A stretch of 40,052 bases of DNA, from assembly GCF_001194135.2 (NCBI RefSeq), contig NC_068984.1, forward strand, positions 113,605,780-113,645,831, in the 5' to 3' direction. The notes beneath the pieces are model-generated. The model had not been told where the DNA came from and made no database searches. It was given only the letters and a program-made list of their open reading frames with translations. Positions 24,769 to 35,887 of this stretch are shown piece by piece. Origin of the DNA: Octopus bimaculoides (taxonomy: Eukaryota). The translations under genes were made by a program, and so were the position numbers. The stretch's first letter is position 1. Each line of letters begins with the position of its first letter.

Positions 24769-24822
24769 CTCGAATAGTTCGCCTTCAGAGTGGAGCTAAG
24801 GCCTTTCACTTCATTTTCTTTT

Positions 24823-24873
24823 ACTGCCGCTACCAGCTGTTTCGGGTCTAACGCTCATGACACCTCAGGCAGT
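24823..24873 (-). ncRNA. degenerate minimal hammerhead-ribozyme-like motif
   Basis: The minus strand reads ACTGC CTGAGG TGTC ATGAGCGTTA GACCC GAAA CAGCTG GTA GCGGCAGT. The CUGANGA core is damaged; GAAA, the palindromic stem III, a GUA triplet and stem I pairing are present. Confidence 0.45.
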
Positions 24874-25509
24874 GTCATTGAGTACGTTCGTTGAAACAAG
24901 AACGAAGTGAATTCAACCGATGTGGATGTGGCTTTCTTTGTGTTTCCTTTCCAGTGAAATACAGTCTGCATTGTATTGTGGTGACTTCCCAGCCTTACAA
25001 ACCATACAATGTTCCATATCTTTTGGTGGCATATTTTCGGTCAGCTTAGAGCAGGGAGAAATTCTGTAAGACTTCTCTTTCAGCTTATATTTTTGGAATA
25101 ACAATTGTATAATACACACTACCACTCACACTACAATATGAAATAAGTGCCATAGACATTTGAGAACAATTCTAGCGATAGACTTATATACCAAGAATAT
25201 CCGGTTAACATTATGAAAGCAAGTGTTATGGATTGACTAAGGCATACTTGCCATTTACAAAAGGATTAACAATATCACGTGTTGTTTCTTACTTAGATCC
25301 AATTCAATTTATGTTCGTGGTACAAAAAAAACACACACAAGTTCTTTCTCTTTTCATCGATGTCTCGATTGTAATCATTCCAAGCACAATTTTACTCACC
25401 CAAAAAACAACACCAAATTATATACAATAGGAATGACTTTTTTACTTCTTTACGGGTAGGCTCCATTGATTTAATATTTAAGTGCTTTATCAACACTAAG
25501 CAGCAACTA

Positions 25510-25722
25510 ATGTGTGCATCATTATTCATGCACAGACATGCACACATATTTGAAAATGTATATATATGCATATGTGCATGTGTCTGCCTGTCTGTGTCTG
25601 TGTTCGTGTGTATGTATGTTTGTGTGTGCGTATGCATGTGTACGTACATGTGTATGTATGCATGTGTACGTATGTGTGTGTATTTATGTATGTATGTATG
25701 TATGTATGTATGCATGTATTTA
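25510..25722. repeat. (TG)/(TATG) degenerate microsatellite
   Basis: Read directly from the sequence. Confidence 0.85.
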
Positions 25723-25861
25723 TAATGCAATAGAGTTAGTTGTTGAGGATTCAACCCACTAAGGAATAGTATCTATCCAATATACTGCTGGGAGGGTACC
25801 CAATTATTGTTACACTAGTGTTATACGAAGTGTAATAAGTGAGTGCGGGTAAAAGGGGGGT

Positions 25862-26195
25862 TTCTGCAAGTGCTCCACCCTTATTGCAGCCCATATTTGT
25901 TCTTTGTACTTGTCAAGATTTTTTCTCACTGTTCCCAGGGCTCCGACAATTATTGGTACTACTACCACCTTTCTTAGCGACCACAACTTCTTAACCTCCC
26001 AAGCTAACTTGTCATATCTATCGACTTTTCTTTCTTCCTTATTGCATATCTTGTTTTCAGCTGGGTATGTTATATCTATGATCCAGCATCGTTTGCTTTC
26101 TTTCTTAATTAACACTATGTCTGGTTTCCTACTCTCTATCTCATGGTTGCACTGAATCATATAATCCCATAGTATCTTTGCATTATCATTTTCGA
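25862..26195 (-). mobile_element. R4/Dong-type LINE, restriction-like endonuclease fragment
   Basis: ENDNAKILWDYMIQCNHEIESRKPDIVLIKKESKRCWIIDI..P...EERKVDRYDKL..EVKKLW...VVPIIVGALG...HLQK carries the PD..D RLE motif. Confidence 0.9.
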
Positions 26196-26200
26196 TTATG

Positions 26201-26252
<52 letters not shown>

Positions 26253-26760
26253 TTACTTTTATGACTTTCTACCCACCTCAATATTCTCTCTCTGTCTCCA
26301 ACCCACCTTCATTCTTCGAATTTCCCCTTCGTCACCCTATAGGTGTCTACAACTAGATCCCTGCCATCCATTTTAATACTCGTCCTTTTTTTTCTCACTG
26401 TAACAATTTCCCTTTTCAGTGCTATATCTCAGCCATCCCTGACTAATAACATTTTCAAACCCAGCAACAACGACCACCCATCAAAATCCTCCCCATCCCA
26501 ACCTGACCACTCATCTCCCGACTCCCCACTTCTAACTCTTCTTCTTTCAATACGCAGGTCACTCATCCTCCTTCCTCTGACACTCTTATCTCTTTTTCTC
26601 CTTACTTGTTTCAACACTCCCTACACACCCTTCGAGCCGCCTACTTCTTCCCTCCACTTGTTTCTGTTGACCTTTCTCTTCATCCATTCTACCTTTAACT
26701 TTCTCTTCACCCATTCTATCTTTAAATTTCCCTGCATTATGATTTGAAATGTTAAAAACC
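26195..26760. repeat. (CT)n followed by pyrimidine-rich low-complexity tract
   Basis: A strong C/T skew is visible directly. Confidence 0.7.
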
Positions 26761-26872
26761 TATCCCTCCACCCTAAAGAAGGAGGCTGGACTTACTTAAT
26801 GTTTATATGAATCCACTACTGGCTGCATTTCCTTGACTTTTTGTGAAGTACATCTGCCAACATTATGACGTA

Positions 26873-27548
26873 CCGTATATACTCGAGTAATAGTCGATCT
26901 CATGTAAAAGTAGAGCCCCTATTTTTGGTCAAAAAAATTGGGAATTTTCCATAGACCCCGTATAAAATTCGACTGTGGTATTTCACAAACAACAGGATAA
27001 CATTTGTAGGTCAATGTACTGTATTATGCTGGACGTAGAAATAACACTGTTACAAAGTTGTGTGGCCACCTTACTATAGCCTACTCTATAGGTGGAATGC
27101 TTGGTGCTTATAGTACATCACCATTTCTAAAATGTATGCACAGGATATGCTGCATGCATCTTCAAGCTCAATAAACACACATGCATCATACACTCGTTGT
27201 TTACATGGTGAGAAACGTGTTTCACAGACAGTATTATTGGTGAACACTGGCAAACGCCACTGTCTGAATTCGTACAAAGGCAAGCCTGAAGACATTTATT
27301 TAATCGCTAGACATTCCTGTTTTACTAGGACGTGTGTTTTGATGCCTAGAATTGGTTATATTTCTGTAATTCATTGTGCTTTTGTTTTTATTCGGTTACA
27401 AATCAGTTGGGCTTCTTCTGATGATACGGTACTTCGAATTCTAGCTTGACTTTCAGCCCCTCAAATGTAGTCTCCATGTAAATCGACCCCGTAAAGTTGA
27501 CCTTAGAAAATGGTCTAAAAAATTCGACTTTTACACGAGTATATACGT
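26873..27548. mobile_element. Tc2/pogo-type non-autonomous element (676 bp) with TA TSD
   Basis: TIRs are TA|CCGTATATACTCGAGTAATAGTCGA and TCGACTTTTACACGAGTATATACGT|TA. CCGTATAT termini are Tc2-like. Subterminal GACCCCGTA and CATGTAAA repeats occur at both ends. Confidence 0.8.
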
Positions 27549-27928
27549 TAATTCCGAGTCCCCAGAAACAGCTCTCTGACTCTTAAGACCATATCTTCTC
27601 CTTTTAGTTCTTGTACCAATGTACTCAGTGTAAATCTTCTCTCTTAGTATATTAATATGAATGTTCATCGTCTGAATATTTTCAGTCTTTGTTTTTCTCT
27701 ATTTATACGTATATATGTATTTATATTTTATATATCTATCCCAAGCAGTTGTATCTATTAACTGCATCATTATCTCCAAATGTATTCACCCAGAGACGTC
27801 TTATCGCCACTGTTTAAATCTGTGAACTTAGTCCTCTGTAAAGATTTCAGAGTGTAAGTTCAAGTTCAGATCATTCGAGCGTTACTAAGTATTTTGTATA
27901 TTGACTATTTCTGGATCTCATTCGTTGA

Positions 27929-27929
<1 letters not shown>

Positions 27930-27961
<32 letters not shown>

Positions 27962-28001
27962 CATACATACATACATACATATATAAACATACATACATCC
28001 A

Positions 28002-28042
<41 letters not shown>

Positions 28043-28072
28043 TTTTTTATATATATACACATACATAAAGCC
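27930..28072. repeat. (TA)/(TACA) microsatellite
   Basis: Read directly from the sequence. Confidence 0.9.
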
Positions 28073-29381
28073 GTATTTATCCTTGTTTCTCCTACATTTG
28101 CTTTGTATTTCATAATTAGTAGTAATACTACTCGGAGTTACTTAAGAACTATACCGAAAGCAGACTGGACTATATAAATCTACGTGCAGCTGTAAACATA
28201 ACAGTACCAGTCGGACATCTATTTGTACACCCAACTTCTACCATATATACATACATACACATAAATATGTAATATATATTACGTGTGTGTGTCTCTCTCT
28301 CTCTGTGTCTGTGTCAGTTTATATGTGTGTGTCTGTGTGCGTGTATTTATGTTTAATTTATGTGTCTATGGATGCGTTAAAGGCAATCTGAAAATTAAAT
28401 TCGATAGAAATGTGTATCTTTAATTGTGTAAAATATCTCATACTTTGTTACATATTAGAAAGGAATGAATGTATAATATACAAAGCTTTAAATAACATTA
28501 TATTTTACCGTGTTGTTTCATATCAATAATATATGTGCATGTAAATTACATTACATGTTATTACAATTTCGAGAACAATTTCGAATTTGTTGAAACAATG
28601 ATTTTTCTCAACGAAATATATTATAAAGAAAACATGATATCAAACTCCAATAAAATGTGAGGAAATGAATAAAATGGAATATAAATGATTATATGATGAA
28701 CTTAGAATAAAACAAATAGAGATAAATTGAAATAGAAGTGTCTACCGTCTGGAATAGATGTTGGCTATGTAAGTTTGTAATCCATTAAATTAGAGTAGAT
28801 TGAAGAATAACTTGTTTAAAAGCTAACTAAAGTAAAATAAATTGAATGAAAATTATTTGATAGTTTCAAAAGAAATTATGTGTTGCAACTTCAATAATGA
28901 AATAAATATATTCAATGGCGAACTCTTAATTGAGTCTAAGGATTAAAAATTAAATTAACTTATTTAGTTCTGCGTTTATCTTTTATTACTATGATGTTTC
29001 CATAATATATTGTTATGAAATTTCAGAGATACAATAATTAGAAAAGTCGTTGCTCCAAGTAAAAATGTACTGTAGCGAGTGATATAAGCATATTTTATTT
29101 TCAGATCGTTTCTTTTTACATGAGTAAGAAAGAATGCTATATGATATAAAGGTTATTGGTAGTGGACAAAAATGACAAGCGTGCCCCTACTAAATTATTG
29201 CCTATTTTGACAAATTATTAGTTTAAATTATTATTATAATGTACCTGAAATGAGAGTAATTTTGCGTGTTAACTAAGTAATTGGCGCTTGAGAAATATAA
29301 TTTCTCATTATTCTGCAATGTTCTGTTACATATACCTGTTACGTGTATGTGTACACACGGCAAACACGCATATAGCATATA

Positions 29382-29568
29382 CGAAGGGTGTATGAAAAGT
29401 TTTGAGCCTTGAAGTCTTGTACCTTCATCAGAAGTCTTGTACCATGTATCTTTTTGGCCTTTCGACTGAACTTAGAGTACCCAATTCTTGGAATTCCTGT
29501 ACCTTCGGATTACTGTTCCTGTTGGATTACTGCTCCTACTCACTCGGATTACGCCATTTCTGCACCTC

Positions 29569-29572
<4 letters not shown>
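29382..29572. mobile_element. short mariner-TIR-like element with internal repeats
   Basis: It starts TA|CGAAGGGTGTATGAAAAGTTTGAGCCT, with GAAGTCTTGTACC x2 and GGATTAC x3 inside, and ends CACCTCGTG followed by (TA)n. Confidence 0.4.
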
Positions 29573-29600
<28 letters not shown>

Positions 29601-30250
29601 NNNNNNNNNNNNNNNNNNNNNNNNNNNNNNNNNNNNNNNNNNNNNNNNNNNNNNNNNNNNNNNNNNNNNNNNNNNNNNNNNNNNNNNNNNNNNNNNNNNN
29701 NNNNNNNNNNNNNNNNNNNNNNNNNNNNNNNNNNNNNNNNNNNNNNNNNNNNNNNNNNNNNNNNNNNNNNNNNNNNNNNNNNNNNNNNNNNNNNNNNNNN
29801 NNNNNNNNNNNNNNNNNNNNNNNNNNNNNNNNNNNNNNNNNNNNNNNNNNNNNNNNNNNNNNNNNNNNNNNNNNNNNNNNNNNNNNNNNNNNNNNNNNNN
29901 NNNNNNNNNNNNNNNNNNNNNNNNNNNNNNNNNNNNNNNNNNNNNNNNNNNNNNNNNNNNNNNNNNNNNNNNNNNNNNNNNNNNNNNNNNNNNNNNNNNN
30001 NNNNNNNNNNNNNNNNNNNNNNNNNNNNNNNNNNNNNNNNNNNNNNNNNNNNNNNNNNNNNNNNNNNNNNNNNNNNNNNNNNNNNNNNNNNNNNNNNNNN
30101 NNNNNNNNNNNNNNNNNNNNNNNNNNNNNNNNNNNNNNNNNNNNNNNNNNNNNNNNNNNNNNNNNNNNNNNNNNNNNNNNNNNNNNNNNNNNNNNNNNNN
30201 NNNNNNNNNNNNNNNNNNNNNNNNNNNNNNNNNNNNNNNNNNNNNNNNNN

Positions 30251-30386
30251 NAGAGAAAGAGAGAGAGAGAGAAAGAGAGAGAGAGAAAGAGAGAGAGAGA
30301 AAAAGAGAGAGAGAGAGAGAGAGAGAAAGAAAGAGAAAGAAAGAAAGAGAGAGAGAAAGAGAGAGAGAGAAAGAGAGAGAAAAAGA

Positions 30387-30429
<43 letters not shown>

Positions 30430-30432
30430 GGG
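30251..30432. repeat. (GA)/(GAAA) microsatellite
   Basis: Read directly from the sequence. Confidence 0.95.
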
Positions 30433-30651
30433 GAGGTTATGAGAGGTGATGTCGTCAAAAAGACCCAAAGGTGTCAGGTAATGCTGAGTAAGTGCTATGG
30501 AGAGACTATAGTTAAGCGCCAAGTTCAGTGATTATGCGAATGAGGAGTCCAACGTAGGTCATATATCAGCAAGTGTATATATAAAAAAAAAATTCAGAAT
30601 GCAATAAAAATCCAAGGGTGTGAAAGATTTTGGAACATTTATAAATAGAAG

Positions 30652-30699
30652 GTCTTACAGCTGCTACCGGGATATTTTATATATCCCTTCACCGGAGAC
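30652..30699 (-). ncRNA. core-mutated hammerhead copy in the opposite arm
   Basis: The minus strand reads GTCT CCGGTGA A GGGATAT ATAAA ATATCCC G GTAG C AGCT GTA AGAC. The stems are intact and both core segments are mutated. Confidence 0.65.
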
Positions 30700-30787
30700 G
30701 GTGTGAGAAAATAGTTAAGCAATAGTTAAGCACTCTCTAATTCATATCTTATCTAAAATGACTATTGCTTAACCCTTTTCTCACACT

Positions 30788-30835
30788 GTCTCTGATGAAG
30801 GGATATATAAAATATCCTGGAAATAGCTGTAAGAC
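30788..30835 (+). ncRNA. minimal type I hammerhead ribozyme (Penelope-like-element type)
   Basis: GTCT CTGATGA A GGGATAT ATAAA ATATCCT G GAAA T AGCT GTA AGAC. Stem I is 4/4 paired, stem II is 7 bp, the core is intact, stem III is a near-palindrome, and the predicted cut is after A30831. Confidence 0.75.
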
Positions 30836-30944
30836 CTATTTATAAATGTTCCAAAATCTTTCACAGCCTTGGATTTTTATCTCATTCTGAAAATTTGTAT
30901 ATATATATATATATATATATATAAAGTGTAGTATATTGCCACTT

Positions 30945-31088
30945 AAGTGTGGCTGACCCCTAGGGGTGGATGTTACTGTTGCTTTTAGCCCCAGGAGGAC
31001 ATCTCCTCCAGCTGGCTTATCGACACACGACTGTGTCCTGTTTGCCAAGGGAAGTTATCCCTCTCACCATGATCTGGGGCTAAAAAGC
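30945..31088. repeat. unclassified interspersed-repeat-like segment with a 14-bp inverted repeat
   Basis: GCTTTTAGCCCCAG (30981-30994) pairs with CTGGGGCTAAAAAGC (31074-31088). A gap truncates the segment. Confidence 0.35.
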
Positions 31089-32119
31089 NNNNNNNNNNNN
31101 NNNNNNNNNNNNNNNNNNNNNNNNNNNNNNNNNNNNNNNNNNNNNNNNNNNNNNNNNNNNNNNNNNNNNNNNNNNNNNNNNNNNNNNNNNNNNNNNNNNN
31201 NNNNNNNNNNNNNNNNNNNNNNNNNNNNNNNNNNNNNNNNNNNNNNNNNNNNNNNNNNNNNNNNNNNNNNNNNNNNNNNNNNNNNNNNNNNNNNNNNNNN
31301 NNNNNNNNNNNNNNNNNNNNNNNNNNNNNNNNNNNNNNNNNNNNNNNNNNNNNNNNNNNNNNNNNNNNNNNNNNNNNNNNNNNNNNNNNNNNNNNNNNNN
31401 NNNNNNNNNNNNNNNNNNNNNNNNNNNNNNNNTATATATATATATATATGCCACGGAATCTCCGAAAATTTAAACTAGATGTCAATATCTAAGTCATGTC
31501 CAGTTCTAATTAGGTTACCTTTAAAGAATACCAGACAATACCAAAGTAAACGATCCCCACAAACTATGAATCAACAAACTCTTTCCGCTTATCAAGAATG
31601 AAGAACAACCAAGTATAACGATGCGAAGATATAAGAAATTCACAATCGAGCATAACATGTGCCTATAACTACATAAATGTTACAGCGAAAATATTTTTAG
31701 AATACTACATGCAAACTCTTCGTGAATATGCTCAAAGCGCTGAAATTAATTAAAAATAAAATTTCAGCTTGACTTTTACAAATGAACTTTTATAATAATT
31801 ATATGGTTAAATATACTGTAGTGAAACCGGATACTCTCTGATGTATTTTGCTGTATATATGTACGGTAATACAGAAGAGAGTAGTTAAGAGAAAGAAGTG
31901 AAGTATCATGGCCATAAATATGTACAATTTACTAATCAAAAATCTCTGTCAGGCTGATCAGAAATTTAAAATTGAGAAGCAGAAATGAACTTCATTAATA
32001 ATTACATAGATGATTATTTTATAGTAATATCAAATATTTTCTTGTATATCTTGTGCTGTGTAAAAAGAAAATTGTACAAGTGCAGATCAGATCATTGACT
32101 GAACTGCCTCTGTGCACGC

Positions 32120-32162
32120 GCAGGTGTATGTATGTGGTTGCGCGCATGTGTCTGTGTGAGCG

Positions 32163-32216
<54 letters not shown>

Positions 32217-32385
32217 NNNNNNNNNNNNNNNNNNNNNNNNNNNNNNNNNNNNNNNNNNNNNNNNNNNNNNNNNNNNNNNNNNNNNNNNNNNNNNNNNNNN
32301 NNNNNNNNNNNNNNNNNNNNNNNNNNNNNNNNNNNNNNNNNNNNNNNNNNNNNNNNNNNNNNNNNNNGTGTGTGTGCGTGTCTGT
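32120..32385. repeat. (TG)n microsatellite spanning a gap
   Basis: Read directly from the sequence. Confidence 0.9.
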
Positions 32386-33159
32386 ATTTTCATAGTTACG
32401 TGACTATACATGGCATAAGGTTAGTTTTGACATGCGAATAGTTTATGCAGTCCATGCTTTTTATAATTTTTTTATTTTTATTTATCTTTTAGCATATCTG
32501 GTGAAAGTCAAAGCTCAAACTTTTTGGAAGCTCAAACCAACGAGGAACACTTAGTTGCCGGTGATTGTGATATGCGCATCTCTGACAGTGAAATTATAAT
32601 ATCGTTGCTTCAACATTTTCCTCGCTAATGACGGTACACAGAAGGTGGGATTGGGATATAGGCGAGAGCAGTCGTGATTCTCGGGACACCCATGTAGCTA
32701 TGTCCTCCACTGTGTATTTTGGAGTCTTCTTCTTAGCACATGACATGGAGGCAATACATCTTAAATGGAACGTGGGAGTGAGCGAAAAAGGAGGTCATAA
32801 TTAACAGCCTCCACGCAAGACCACTCACAAACACACGCACACACAAGTACACAAACCTATACACACAGCAATTCGACCAGAGAGACGCTGTTTCTCTTTG
32901 CCATCTGCGAAAACTCTCATATGCTGAAGAAAGATTCTTATTACTGACCGGAAAATGTCGATGTAAATAAGGTACAAAGTGGAAATGACTATAAATTATC
33001 CAATGAAAAATAGGGAGACAAACGACAACACGGGGAACTTTTTCCGAACAATCCATGCACAAATCCTTATTAACTTAAACAATGTGACTGAGATTAAAAC
33101 AATATATACATCACTCTAAGCTTCTCAACTGAATTACAAGCTTGATTTAACAACGAATT

Positions 33160-33304
33160 TGCATACACATACGCACACTCAAACACACATACACGCACAT
33201 ACACATTACGCGGGCGGGCGCACGAATACACACATACACACACACTCTCACACACACATACACACAACACACTGTCTCTTTCTATCTATCTCTCTTTATC
33301 TCTA

Positions 33305-33346
<42 letters not shown>

Positions 33347-33348
33347 AT
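33160..33348. repeat. (CA)/(CT) compound microsatellite
   Basis: Read directly from the sequence. Confidence 0.85.
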
Positions 33349-34067
33349 TGCAAGCGGTCAACCTCAAGTGAAACGCGTGGCAAAACGCTAAAAAATAAAA
33401 TAGATTATTGCGCACCTTTTACAAAAACACTTTGTCAAACTTAATTCTGACAAACTATCATAACGCAAAATTTTCTCAATCGAGAGAACCAATTCAAACG
33501 GTAACAACAGTTGTTGTTTTTTTTTCTGTTGTACGTTTAATGTCCAGAAAAAATAGATTTACTAAGATTATCTTCCGATTTATTCAATTCGCACACAAGC
33601 ACACACACACACAAACATGTACACACATTTGCTTATTGGTTTTATTAAATATTTTTTTGTATTTTTGAAATATTAGACCAAATGACTGAAATGTGTGTAA
33701 TAGAAAATCTTTTGAAAAATATTTTTTTTAAAGCAGAGTTTGAAGAGAAACTATTAATTAAGAACGCAGACAGACCAACGCCAAAATTCCCTAAATTGTG
33801 AAGTTCCAACAACAAATATATTAGACCTTTACAGAAAAATTTATATGAAAGATTGAAATGGTTAACTGGAAGTGCTAAGTTAAATAAGTTATTTGTCGGC
33901 CATGCTTGTCATTTAGTTTAGAAAAAGCTGTTTGGCGTGATAATGGTTATGATGATTTAAATAATCTACTTATGGTCATGTTAAAGCATGAACTCTACAA
34001 AAAAGATACAAAATCCTTGATGTATCTTAAAACTTAGGGAATTACAATTAGATATGCATAGAGGAAT

Positions 34068-34454
34068 GTTGTTGGCACTCCGTCGCTTCCGACGACGAGG
34101 GTTCCAGTTGATCCGATCAACGGAACAGCCTGTTCGTGAAATTAACGTGCAAGTGGCTGAGCACTCCACACACACACGTGTACTCTTAACGTAGTTCTCG
34201 GGGATATTCAGCGTGACATAGAGTGACAAGGCTGGCCCTTTGAATTACAGGTACAACAGAAACAAGAAGTAAGAGTGAGAGAAAGTTTGTGGTGAAAGAG
34301 TACAGCAGGGTTCACCACCATCCCCTGGCGGAGCCTCGTGGAGCTTTAGGTGTTTTCGCTCAATAAACACTCACAACGCCCGGTCTGGGAATCGAAACTG
34401 CGATCCTATGACCGCGAGTCTGCTACCCTTACCACTGGGTCATTGCGCCTCCAC
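34068..34454 (-). mobile_element. full-length tRNA-derived SINE with a 12-bp TSD (GCATAGAGGAAT)
   Basis: The head GTGGAGGCGCAATGACCCAGTGG has B-box GTTTCGATTCCC. The TSD sits at 34056-34067 and 34455-34466, and the tail is (CAA)-like. Confidence 0.9.
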
Positions 34455-34659
34455 GCATAGAGGAATATAATGAAGTTAAACGCAACAGATCCATTCTGTA
34501 GCGGTTAACTGATGTAGTTATTTTCTTAGGTCGCCCGGTATTATCCTTTCGGGATCGTTTTAAATCCAAAAACACAACCATCGTGGGAGTTATGGCTTCT
34601 ATTTTCCCCACACTCTTCAAAATGATTTTACCGATGAGATTCAATGGTTATGCTGAATG

Positions 34660-35790
34660 AAATAATAAATGAACTTAAGCAGGCTAAATTTGTTATTATT
34701 CTTGTAGATGAAACGTCCGATGTATCGAACTATTCACAACTGTCATCTGTGTGTTGCAAAAGAACCTTTTAACGATGTTAATGCAATTAATGATGTTCTG
34801 CAATTTCTTTATCTAAACATGTTTTAAAAGCATTGAAATGTGAAAGTATGAAAGCAAGTTAATTACACAAACCTGTGACGATGCCTTTACAATGGCAGAA
34901 TAATTAAATGAGTTACAGTCAAAAGTAAGAGAGAAGTGTGAGTGTGTAATCTTTATTTATTTTCGTGCTCATGTACTAAATTTACTTCTTCCACGGACAT
35001 GCTCTGCTATAAGAGAATGCATATTTTTTCTACAATGAATGAACACGGTACATCTTTTACAAAATCTCCCGAAGGAGCTAATGAGTTAGATGATATTGTT
35101 AAAAAAAAAAGATTTCTCAAAGCAACATTAATTAGATGTAATTAACCGTCACGGTTCATTATTACTACAAATGAAAATTGTAATTTCCTAATCAGTCTTT
35201 GTGAAGTCAGCATTGAAAGTCCTGAAGCATGAGATGAAAATCACTATAAATTCTGAAACTGGATTCTTACGCAGTTTAAAGGATTCTGATTTCTCACTTT
35301 TATTAGTAGTATTTAGTGATATATTTTCCTTTCTTTGATGTCTCATTTAATATTCTTCAAGCAAAAAGACTTGGCGTGATGTATTGTAAAGAGTAAACAT
35401 AAAACAAGAACTGTGCTTTCAATGTTTTATGAAATATTAAAGCAGAACTATGGAATCGATGAAGCAATCCGAATTAAGAGATTAAGAAATAAATTTGTTG
35501 ACTCACAACATTATAGAACGCCTTAAAACAAAATTATTGGCGCATAAGATAAGCAATTAAAAGCAAGATATTCATCCTTAGAAGAGCATAAATTCATGGA
35601 AGTTTTTGATTTTAGCTAAGCTGAACACTACTACAAACAATTTCCAGCGGATCATTGGTTTTATTAATGGTATGCCACAGATCTTCAATGTTTACAATTT
35701 GATTTTGACAATTCCTTTGATAGCCGCCTCTGCTCAGGGATCCTTTCCTTCATTGAAGAGAATTAAAACCTACCAAAGAAATGCAAGCAA
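34660..35790 (+). mobile_element. degenerate hAT transposase (ZMYM1/Tip100-like), catalytic to dimerisation domain
   Basis: KFVIILVDETSDVSNYSQLS, QTCDDAFTMAE*LNELQSKV..IFIYFRAHVLNLLL (cf. YDGA..M.G...G.Q...HC.AH.LNL) and PQIFNVYNLILTIPLIAASAQGSFPSLKRIKTYQRN (cf. SAERSFS.LKRIKTYLR). Confidence 0.85.
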
Positions 35791-35798
35791 CACCACTG

Positions 35799-35831
<33 letters not shown>

Positions 35832-35852
35832 CGTGTGTGTGTGTGTGTGTAT

Positions 35853-35887
<35 letters not shown>

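Larger units (their letters stand above)
30576..30905. mobile_element. foldback (palindromic) element with ~140-bp arms and a 34-nt loop, between TA runs
   Basis: The left arm (~30582-30726) is the near reverse complement of the right arm (30761-~30897). The loop is 30727-30760. Confidence 0.9.

Noticed and set aside
26343-26747. 134-aa hydrophobic, signal-peptide-like ORF
   Set aside because: The Leu/Ser/Pro/Phe bias is explained by the CT-rich low-complexity tract.
29405-29560. Repeated motifs with irregular spacing suggestive of a CRISPR array
   Set aside because: The repeats are short and non-uniform, the context is eukaryotic, and no cas genes are present.
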